From contig CAIWTL010000379.1 of the NCBI GenBank assembly GCA_903915555.1, positions 1-33,714 of the forward strand: a stretch of DNA of 33,714 nucleotides. The letters run 5' to 3'. The stretch comes from an uncultured Micrococcales bacterium. Lineage in GTDB: Bacteria > Actinomycetota > Actinomycetes > S36-B12 > GCA-2699445. The stretch's first letter is position 1, and each line of letters starts with the position of its first letter. Both the position numbers and the translations under genes were made by a program. Positions 1-7,117 of the stretch are shown piece after piece. The notes below the pieces were generated by a model. That model was not told where the DNA came from. It ran no database searches and saw nothing but the letters and a program-made list of their open reading frames with translations.

Positions 1-477
1 CCCAAGGAGAAGGGCCGGAAGGTCATCGCGGCCAACCGGAAAGCACGCCACGACTACAGCATCGAGGCCACCTACGAGGCAGGTCTCGTGCTGACGGGGA
101 CCGAGGTGAAGTCCCTGCGCGCCGGCAAGGCGAGCATCGTCGACGGTTTCGCGTCCATCAAGGACGGTGAGGTCTGGCTGTACGGGGTGCACATCCCCGA
201 GTACGAGCACGGCACCTGGACCAACCACGAGCCGCGTCGAGCCCGCAAACTCCTCCTCCACCGCCAGGAGATCGTCAAACTGATCGGCAAGACGAAGGAG
301 ACGGGCGTCACCCTCATCCCCCTGGCCCTGTATTTCAACGACGGGTACGCCAAGGTCGAGATCGCTCTGGCGCGCGGGCGACGGGCGGCCGACAAGCGAC
401 AGGCGATCGCCGAGCGGGAGGCCAAGCGGGAAGCCGACCGGGCCATCGGCCGTCGGGCCAAGGGGATGGACGACTGA
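1..477 (+). CDS. smpB: SsrA-binding protein SmpB (5' end lies upstream of window)
   Basis: Frame 1 is open from base 1 ([51 protein letters not shown]...). The stop is TGA 475-477. The sequence is a textbook SmpB with the basic C-terminal tail. The ORF-track start at 88 is internal. Confidence 0.95.
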   Translation, partial: PKEKGRKVIAANRKARHDYSIEATYEAGLVLTGTEVKSLRAGKASIVDGFASIKDGEVWLYGVHIPEYEHGTWTNHEPRRARKLLLHRQEIVKLIGKTKETGVTLIPLALYFNDGYAKVEIALARGRRAADKRQAIAEREAKREADRAIGRRAKGMDD

Positions 478-520
478 CGACCCGGTGTTGCCCGGCCGGT
501 GACGGTGGGAGGATGTCGAC

Positions 521-1924
521 GTGAGCGACGCCTTCATCGACGGATTCTGGCCCTATCGCAAGGATGCGCCCAACTACCGCGCCATCCCCGACGCCCCGGC
601 CGACCGTGACGAGGTCCTGCAGTTCGTCCGCCGGATGGCCGAGGCCGAGGACCGCATGGGGGACGAGGGGCGGGTGTCGGGGAGCCTGTACAGCGGCGAC
701 CACGGGCACTATCACTTCCTCGGCGAGGTCTTCAGCGAGTTCAGCCACGCGAACGTCCTGCAGCGTGACATGTACCCCAGTGCCACGAAGTTCGAGGGTG
801 AGATCGTCGCCATGGCCCTCGACCTGCTCCATGGCGGATCCGCCGGGGGGTCGGCGTGCGGGGTGGTGACCAGCGGTGGTTCCGAGAGCCTCATCACGGC
901 CCTGTTCAGCTACCGGGAACAGGCTCGCGAGGACCGCGGCGTCCGTGCCCCGAACGTGGTGATGCCGACGACTGCCCACGTCGCGCTGGACAAGGGCGCC
1001 CACTGGATGGGGATCGAGGTGAGGCACGCTCCCCTCGGCGACGACTTCCGCGCCGATGTCCCCGCGCTGGCCGATCTCATCGATGACCAGACGATCGCTC
1101 TCGTGGGGTCGGCGGTCAACTACCCGCACGGCCTGATAGATCCCATCCCCGAGATGGCGGACCTCGCCATGCAGAGCGGTGTCGGCATGCATGTCGACGC
1201 CTGCCTGGGCGGGTTCCTGCTCCCGTGGGTCGAGCAGGTCGGCTACGAGGTTCCCCCCTGGGATTTCCGGGTCGATGGGGTGACGTCGATCAGCGCGGAT
1301 ACCCACAAGTACGGCTACGCGCTGAAGGGAACATCCACGCTGCTGTACCGCGACCGGGAGTTGCGCGCGCGGCAGTACTTCACCTACCCCGACTGGCCGG
1401 GGGGGCTCTATCTCTCACCGGGGCTGGCGGGTTCGCGCAGCGGTGGACTCCTCGCGTCCACCTGGGCGGCACTGGTGACCACGGGAGCCGACGCGTACCG
1501 CGAGTCGGCGCGCGCCATGATGCACACCGCCGACATCATCCGGGCGGGTGTCGACGACATCCCCGGCCTCGCGGTGATCGGGGACCCGCTGTGGCTGATC
1601 GCCTTCCGGTCCACCGACCCGGACATCGACATCTACCTCGTCAACGATCACCTGAAGCGGGCCGGATGGCGGCTCAACTCGCTTCAACTGCCCCCGGCTC
1701 TGCACTTCTGTGTGACCCGCCCCAACACTGCACCAGGTGTGGCGGAGGCCTTCGTCGACGCGCTCCGGGACGCCGTCGATCACGCACGGCAGCACGCGGG
1801 AGAGCCCGCCGAGAGCGGCGCCATGTATGGCTTCGGCGGCACCCCCCAGGGCAACCAGACCCTGAATCAGTTGATGTCCGGTGTCCTCGATGCCATGCAC
1901 GAGGTCGCCCCCGAGGGGGTCTGA
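521..1924 (+). CDS. PLP-dependent sphingosine-1-phosphate-lyase-like enzyme (group II decarboxylase fold)
   Basis: 467-aa ORF with a GTG start 7 nt after GGGAGGA. The PLP-lysine block ISADTHKYGYALKGTSTLLYR...YPDWPGGLYLSPGLAGSRSGG closely mirrors the SGPL1/Dpl1 active-site region (recalled from memory). The SGGSES motif is also present. Confidence 0.85.
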   Translation: MSDAFIDGFWPYRKDAPNYRAIPDAPADRDEVLQFVRRMAEAEDRMGDEGRVSGSLYSGDHGHYHFLGEVFSEFSHANVLQRDMYPSATKFEGEIVAMALDLLHGGSAGGSACGVVTSGGSESLITALFSYREQAREDRGVRAPNVVMPTTAHVALDKGAHWMGIEVRHAPLGDDFRADVPALADLIDDQTIALVGSAVNYPHGLIDPIPEMADLAMQSGVGMHVDACLGGFLLPWVEQVGYEVPPWDFRVDGVTSISADTHKYGYALKGTSTLLYRDRELRARQYFTYPDWPGGLYLSPGLAGSRSGGLLASTWAALVTTGADAYRESARAMMHTADIIRAGVDDIPGLAVIGDPLWLIAFRSTDPDIDIYLVNDHLKRAGWRLNSLQLPPALHFCVTRPNTAPGVAEAFVDALRDAVDHARQHAGEPAESGAMYGFGGTPQGNQTLNQLMSGVLDAMHEVAPEGV

Positions 1925-1925
1925 C

Positions 1926-3536
1926 GTGCAGCCCTGGATCCTGGCGGTCGACCTCGGGAACGGCGGCCCCAAGGTCGCCGTCGTCGGTTCGGACGGTGAG
2001 ATCCTGGGCACCGGGGCGACTCCGGTGTCCGTCCAGATCGGCCTCGATGGCACCGCGACGCAGGACGCGGAGGAGTGGATGTCGGCCCTCCTCACGGCGG
2101 TCTCCGGTGCATTGCGGACGGCCTCGGCCGATCCCGCCGCGCTCCACGCTGTCGGAATCACGGGCCAGTGGGGCTCCACGGTCCCCGTCGGCGCCGATGG
2201 CAGGCCTGTCGGCCCGGTGCTGCTGTGGGCCGACACGAGGGCTCAGCGGCATGCCCGTGAGGTGATCGGTGGTCCGGTCAACGTCGGCGGTATCGCTCCC
2301 CACAAGGCCCTGCCGTGGGTTCGTCTGACCGGGGGGGCGCCCAGCCCGAGCGGTGCCGACCCCACCGGACACTCGCTGCTGCTGCAGAACGAACTGGTCG
2401 ACATCGGTCGACGCGCCGTGAGTCTGATGGAACCCGTGGACTATCTGGCTTTCCGGTTGACCGGCCGGGCGGTCGCCACTCCGGCGTCGATGATCCTGTC
2501 CTGGTTGACCGACAACCGACCGGGCGCCCCCCTCGGCTACGTGCCATCGCTCGTCGCGCGGGCTCGACGTGACCCGGCCCTGTTGCCGGAACTGGTCCCC
2601 ACCGGCTCCGTGCAGGGGTCGTTGCTCCCCGAGATCGCGGAGGAGTTGGGTCTTCGCGCGGGGGCGCCGGTCATCACCGGGCTACCTGACCTGCACGCCG
2701 CCATCGTGGGAAGCGGCACCGTGCAGCCGTACCAGTCCCATCTGGCGGTGTCGACGACGGCGTGGCTGTCGGCCCGGGTCCCTTTCAAGAAGACCGACGT
2801 GCTGCATTCCATCGCAACACTCCCGGGGCTGGATCCCGTTCTGCCCGTGGTCGGCAACAACATCGAGACCGGGGGCGCTGCCCTCTCGTGGCTGCGGGAG
2901 CAGATCATCGCCCCGCACGACGGGCTGGCCGGCGGTGGCAGCGGGATCGGCGCTGACGGTGCGGCACCGTCCCACGCGCAGCCATCCTTCGATGACCTCA
3001 CCAGACTCGCCGCGACAGCACCCGCCGGGAGTGAGGGTGTGCTGTTCACGCCCTGGCTGGCCGGGGAGCGCAGTCCCGTGGAGAACAAGGACCTGCGCGG
3101 CACCTGGCTCAACATGTCGCTGCGGACGGACCGCGCGATCCTCACCCGATCGGTTCTCGAGGGCGTCGCGCTCAACGTCCGATGGCTCTACGGGTATTAC
3201 AACAGGTTCCTGGGGCAGCGGCCGAAGACCCTGCGGATCCTCGGTGGGGGAGCGCAGTCGGACCTGTGGTGCGGCATCTTCGCCTCGGTGCTGGAGACCC
3301 CGATCGAACGCGTCGCCGACCCCCTCAACGCCCAACTACGGGGTGTCGCGCTGTGGACCAGGGTGTGTCTGGGGGAGATGTCGCTCCACGAGGCGGCGGC
3401 GCGTGTGCCGGTGTCGGGGCGCTTCGACCCGAACCCACCGGATGTGCGTGTCTACCGCGAGGCCTTCGAGGAGTACCGGCGGCTTGCGGGAACCCTGGGC
3501 GGTCTGTACCGGCGGCTGAACTCAGCGGGTGGGTGA
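1926..3536 (+). CDS. FGGY-family carbohydrate kinase (xylulokinase/glycerol-kinase-like)
   Basis: The N-terminus WILAVDLGNGGPKVAVV is an actin-fold phosphate-1 motif, and the length and C-terminal GGGAQSDLW block are typical of FGGY kinases. GTG 1926 lies 1 nt after the upstream stop and 6 nt after GAGGGGG. The ORF-track start at 1881 would overlap the upstream gene by 44 nt. Confidence 0.85.
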   Translation: MQPWILAVDLGNGGPKVAVVGSDGEILGTGATPVSVQIGLDGTATQDAEEWMSALLTAVSGALRTASADPAALHAVGITGQWGSTVPVGADGRPVGPVLLWADTRAQRHAREVIGGPVNVGGIAPHKALPWVRLTGGAPSPSGADPTGHSLLLQNELVDIGRRAVSLMEPVDYLAFRLTGRAVATPASMILSWLTDNRPGAPLGYVPSLVARARRDPALLPELVPTGSVQGSLLPEIAEELGLRAGAPVITGLPDLHAAIVGSGTVQPYQSHLAVSTTAWLSARVPFKKTDVLHSIATLPGLDPVLPVVGNNIETGGAALSWLREQIIAPHDGLAGGGSGIGADGAAPSHAQPSFDDLTRLAATAPAGSEGVLFTPWLAGERSPVENKDLRGTWLNMSLRTDRAILTRSVLEGVALNVRWLYGYYNRFLGQRPKTLRILGGGAQSDLWCGIFASVLETPIERVADPLNAQLRGVALWTRVCLGEMSLHEAAARVPVSGRFDPNPPDVRVYREAFEEYRRLAGTLGGLYRRLNSAGG

Positions 3537-4411
3537 TGGAACCGCTGGCGGTCAGTGTCGCCCGCGAGCTCGGTCTGCCGGCGATCGCCGACATCCATGT
3601 CCACTTCATGCCGGAGCGTGTGATGGCAGCGGTGTGGCGTCACTTCGACGAGGCGGGTCCTCGCCTGGGCCGGGAGTGGCCCGTGCGTTACCGGGGCAGT
3701 GACGAGGAGCGGGTGGCCATCCTGCGGGAACACGGCGTGGGTCTGTTCGCCGGCCTGTCCTACGCCCACAAGCCCGGTATGGCCCGATACCTGACCGAGT
3801 GGTCCGTCGGTTTCGCCGAGCGCACGCCCGGCGCGGTGGCCACGGGCACGTTCTTCCCCGAGCCGGGGGTCCTGGATTACGTCACTGCGGCGGTCGAAGC
3901 CGGTGTGCAGGTCTTCAAGGTGCATGTCCAGGTGGGGGAGTTCGACCCCGCCGACGCTGTGTTGGACGACGTGTGGGGGCTGCTCGAAGCCACGGGGCTG
4001 CCCGTCGTCGTCCATGCCGGCTCCGGTCCCGTGCCCGGCCGGTACACGGGACCTGCACTGTTCGGGAGGGTCATGGAGCGACACCCCGAACTCACGGCGA
4101 TCGTGGCTCACCTGGGAATGCCCGAGGAGCGGGCGTTCCTCGAGATGGTATCGAGGTATCCGCGCCTGGGTCTCGACCTCACGATGGTCGGAACGGACTT
4201 CATGGAACAGATGCATGCCCTGGACGGCTCGCTCCTGCCCCGGATCAGGGAAGCCGGTCTCGACGGCCGCGTCTTCTTCGGAACCGACTTCCCGAACATC
4301 CCCTACCCGTACGACCACCAGGTCGAGGTGATCCTCCGCTGGGACATGGGGGACGACTGGCTGCGACACGTTCTCTGGCTCAACACCGCCCGTCTTATCG
4401 GCGCGGGATAG
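3536..4411 (+). CDS. Amidohydrolase-family metal-dependent hydrolase (Amidohydro_2-like)
   Basis: ATG 3536 overlaps the kinase stop (TGATG). The N-terminal motif IADIHVHFMP (HxH metal ligands) and the later VVVHAGSG and FGTDFP blocks are typical of TIM-barrel amidohydrolases. The 118 codons upstream of this start in the track ORF are Arg/Pro-rich junk overlapping the kinase. Confidence 0.75.
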   Translation: MEPLAVSVARELGLPAIADIHVHFMPERVMAAVWRHFDEAGPRLGREWPVRYRGSDEERVAILREHGVGLFAGLSYAHKPGMARYLTEWSVGFAERTPGAVATGTFFPEPGVLDYVTAAVEAGVQVFKVHVQVGEFDPADAVLDDVWGLLEATGLPVVVHAGSGPVPGRYTGPALFGRVMERHPELTAIVAHLGMPEERAFLEMVSRYPRLGLDLTMVGTDFMEQMHALDGSLLPRIREAGLDGRVFFGTDFPNIPYPYDHQVEVILRWDMGDDWLRHVLWLNTARLIGAG

Positions 4412-4540
4412 ACGGGGGTCTCTAGGGACACCATCGAGGTGCCTGCTGCCCCCGAGCACCCCGACAGCGTGTTCATCGAGGACACGATGGTGGTCCGGGG
4501 TGACAGGGCTAGGTAGGACCGCGTCCGCAGCCCGCCACGA

Positions 4541-5815
4541 TCACCCCGAGTGTGCGGTCGCGGACCCACTCGGGCTGCCGCCCGCTTCGGAGGGGTTGTC
4601 GGCCGCCTGGATGCCGAGTCGCCTCGCCACCGGTACGGCGGTGAGGCCGTAGGTCGTGACGGTAATGGCGATGACGATGAAAGCCGCCGGCAGCAGCTCC
4701 GCCGCGCCGGGGATCCGGAGTGCGACGAGGACCGTGCCGACACTCGATGCCGTCGCGGCCGCCACGATGCCGCGGGGGTCCATCCAGCCGACGAAGACCC
4801 GTTCGTTCCGGGAGAGGACCGAACGACGGGTCGCGACAGCTGCCACGAGGGGGCGCACCAGCACCATGAGGAACAGGGCCACCCCCAGCGTGGGCAGCAG
4901 GAGCGACAGCACGATCGGCGAGGGGACGAGACCGGCGATCGAGACGAACAGGACGCCGATGGCGATGGACACGATGGTGTCGAAGAAGGCCATCCCACCT
5001 TCGAGGGACGTCCCGAAGCGCGCGGCGACACGAGGAGCGGCCATGCCCATCAGAAGAGCGGCGAGGAGTCCGCTGTCGTCGGAGACGGAGTTGGCCAGTC
5101 CTGCCGTGACGATGACCGAGCCCAGCAGCACCTGCGTCCCGAGTGTCTTGTTCCCCTTCGCGAGAAGGCCGCCGACGACGAAGAAGGCGACGCCGATGGC
5201 GGCGGCCACCACGGCCACAAGTAGACCGCCTACGAAGAGTTCCACCGCCTCGACGGGGCCGGTCGACGAACTCGCCTTCACGACCTGGAATGTCACGACC
5301 GCGATCAGGGCTCCCAGGGGGTCGAGGAGCGTTCCCTCCCACTGAAGGATCCCTCGCACCGTCGCGTTCGGGCGGGCGAAGTCGAGGATCGGTGTGACCA
5401 CGGTCGGGCCGGAGACGATCAGGATCGCGCCGAGCATGAAGGCGATGGGCCAGTCCATCCCCAGCAGGACATGCGCCGCGAACGTCGCCCCGAGCCACGT
5501 GAGCGGGGCACCTATGTAGAGGAGGCGCCGGACGATGACCCGCTGGTCCTTGGGCAGCGGGATCGTCGTCAGCCCGAGACCGCCCTGGAACAGGATCACA
5601 GCCACGACGAGTTCCACGATGACGGGGAAGGACGGCCCGAGCAGGGCGTCGGCCCGCCATTGGGGCGCCACCAGCCCCAGCAGGAACCCGGCGGGCAACA
5701 GAAGCACCAGACTCGGGATACGCAACCGCGGAGCGACGAGTTGGCAGGCGGTCGCGATGCCGAAGATGAGGGCGATCGCGAGCATGACGTCCTGCGTGGA
5801 CAGTGTCGGATCCAT
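4541..5815 (-). CDS. Cation:proton antiporter (CPA1, Na+/H+ exchanger family)
   Basis: Polytopic membrane protein of 424 aa. The sequence MDPTLSTQDVMLAIALIFGIATACQLVAPRLRIPSLVLLLPAGFLLG is a typical CPA1 N-terminus. ATG 5813-5815 is preceded by GGGAGGGTGGGCAGGA. The longer track ORF (to 6019) adds a non-membrane Arg/Pro-rich leader. Confidence 0.85.
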   Translation of the reverse strand: MDPTLSTQDVMLAIALIFGIATACQLVAPRLRIPSLVLLLPAGFLLGLVAPQWRADALLGPSFPVIVELVVAVILFQGGLGLTTIPLPKDQRVIVRRLLYIGAPLTWLGATFAAHVLLGMDWPIAFMLGAILIVSGPTVVTPILDFARPNATVRGILQWEGTLLDPLGALIAVVTFQVVKASSSTGPVEAVELFVGGLLVAVVAAAIGVAFFVVGGLLAKGNKTLGTQVLLGSVIVTAGLANSVSDDSGLLAALLMGMAAPRVAARFGTSLEGGMAFFDTIVSIAIGVLFVSIAGLVPSPIVLSLLLPTLGVALFLMVLVRPLVAAVATRRSVLSRNERVFVGWMDPRGIVAAATASSVGTVLVALRIPGAAELLPAAFIVIAITVTTYGLTAVPVARRLGIQAADNPSEAGGSPSGSATAHSG

Positions 5816-6073
5816 TCCTGCCCACCCTCCCGTTACCGTCTCAGCCGTTGTCGGGAGCAGCCTGTCAGTCCGCGGGGGCCGAAGCAAAGACCTCCCACCG
5901 GGCAGGGAATGGCGAGAGGTGGTCTCGGCGTTCTTCCCAGTGTCGGGGCGTGGTCCTATGCTGGGGGAGTCGACGGCCCGCCCCAGCGGTGGACCATCCG
6001 ATGCTGAACTGAGGCACACGACTCAGCTGAGCAGCAACTGATCACAACTGAACAGTGACTCCATAGTCACCGA

Positions 6074-6441
6074 GGGGGTGACAGGTTTCGACAGCGTCTG
6101 TCGAGACGGGAGAAGCGAGCCGAGGATCCGTGGCGATCTCGTAAACCAGCCACGGGAAACCAATAGGTGCCAAACAGAACCGCACCTCTTTCGCTCTCGC
6201 TGCCTGACGGTAGCGACCAGCGGAGCGTCCGGCGGGAATTGTTCCCGCACCGTCGGGCGACGTCAGGGAACTCACCGATGATCCGGGTCACGCGGGTCTG
6301 AGGAACATCTTTTCAGTGACTGTGACCGTGTTCCCCGCCGTGTCGTGAGAAGCGGGGAGGTCGAGAACATGGACGACGACTGCGCTCGGAGAAGTCCCTG
6401 ATCGTCACCGTTGGACCCGGGTTCGATTCCCGGCACCTCCA
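6074..6441 (+). ncRNA. ssrA: tmRNA (SsrA)
   Basis: 5' GGGGGTG pairs with 3' CACCTCC, giving a 7-bp acceptor stem with the G3:U alanine identity pair. The T-arm is CCGGG-TTCGATT-CCCGG at 6416-6432. The discriminator is A6441 and CCA is not encoded. An internal tag ORF ends ...ALAA-TGA. The 5' region GGTTTCGACAGC...GAGCCGAGGAT...CTCGTAAACC matches the actinobacterial tmRNA pattern. Confidence 0.95.
6169..6207 (+). other. tmRNA tag reading frame: AKQNRTSFALAA + TGA
   Basis: GCC AAA CAG AAC CGC ACC TCT TTC GCT CTC GCT GCC TGA. It has a GCC (Ala) resume codon, and the canonical hydrophobic ALAA degradation tag terminus is followed by a stop. Confidence 0.85.
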
Positions 6442-6457
6442 CTTACTTACTTACTTA
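6441..6457. repeat. (ACTT)4 tetranucleotide microsatellite abutting the tmRNA 3' end
   Basis: ACTTACTTACTTACTTA is read directly, and it starts at the tmRNA discriminator base. Confidence 0.9.
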
Positions 6458-6493
6458 GTCCACTGAGGCGACAACGTGGTCGTCTGCTCAGGC

Positions 6494-6751
6494 CTAGCCG
6501 TAGTGGTAGCGGCATGCGGCGATTCGAACCTCGTCGCCGGCGACCTTGTACACGAGTCGGTGTTCATCGGTGATGCGTCGTGACCAGTACCCGGCGAAAT
6601 CGTGCTTGAGTGCCTCGGGCTTGCCGATTCCGTCGTTGCCATTGCGCTGGATGTCAGCCAGGAGGGCGTTGATGCGCTTGAGGACCCTGCGGTCTTGGGC
6701 CTGCCACCACAGGTAGTCCTCCCAGGCGTTTTGGTCCCAGACCAGCAGCAC
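6494..6751 (-). CDS. yoeB: YoeB/Txe-family toxin (ribosome-dependent mRNA interferase)
   Basis: The sequence VLLVWDQNAWEDYLWWQAQDRRVLKRINALLADIQRNGNDGIGKPEALKHDFAGYWSRRITDEHRLVYKVAGDEVRIAACRYHY is a near-consensus YoeB of 85 aa. The GTG start lies 1 nt after the yefM stop. Confidence 0.9.
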   Translation of the reverse strand: MLLVWDQNAWEDYLWWQAQDRRVLKRINALLADIQRNGNDGIGKPEALKHDFAGYWSRRITDEHRLVYKVAGDEVRIAACRYHYG

Positions 6752-6752
6752 G

Positions 6753-7010
6753 TCAGTCGGTCTCGGCAAGGTCGTGGGCGACGCCCCGGCCGGCTTCCAG
6801 GCGCTCCATGGCATCGAGCAGGCGGCGGGCGTTGGCCGGAGAGCGCATCAGGTAGGCCGTCTCCTTGAGGGACTCGTAGTCCTCGAGGGAGACCACGACC
6901 ACAGGCTCGTGGCCGGCGCGGGTGATGACAACTTCTTCGCGGTCGTTGATGACACCGTCAAGCATCTCTGCATAGCGTGCACGCGACTCCGTGTAGCTCA
7001 TGGTCTTCAT
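6753..7010 (-). CDS. yefM: YefM/Phd-family antitoxin
   Basis: The sequence MKTMSYTESRARYAEMLDGVINDREEVVITRAGHEPVVVVSLEDYESLKETAYLMRSPANARRLLDAMERLE is a consensus YefM of 85 aa. AGGAGGG lies 5 nt upstream of ATG 7010. The gene is immediately upstream of yoeB. Confidence 0.9.
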   Translation of the reverse strand: MKTMSYTESRARYAEMLDGVINDREEVVITRAGHEPVVVVSLEDYESLKETAYLMRSPANARRLLDAMERLEAGRGVAHDLAETD

Positions 7011-7020
7011 GTCAGCCCTC

Positions 7021-7041
7021 CTGTACGTAAAACTGTACGTA
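7021..7041 (-). promoter_or_regulatory. Putative YefM-YoeB operator: two CTGTACGTA direct repeats with palindromic GTAC/TACGTA cores
   Basis: CTGTACGTAaaaCTGTACGTA lies 11-31 nt upstream of the yefM ATG. E. coli YefM-YoeB autoregulates at TGTACA-core palindromes (established knowledge). Confidence 0.4.
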
Positions 7042-7117
7042 CTTGCGCTCACGAAGGCAATCGCACCCCAAGCCTTGCAGCCATGTCACTGGGGGCCCCG
7101 GCGGGTGCGGGTCTCGG

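Noticed and set aside
6023-6291. Small ORFs (67-77 aa) on both strands around 6023-6291.
   Set aside because: They lie within or against the tmRNA gene, whose structure explains the sequence. They have no coding signature.
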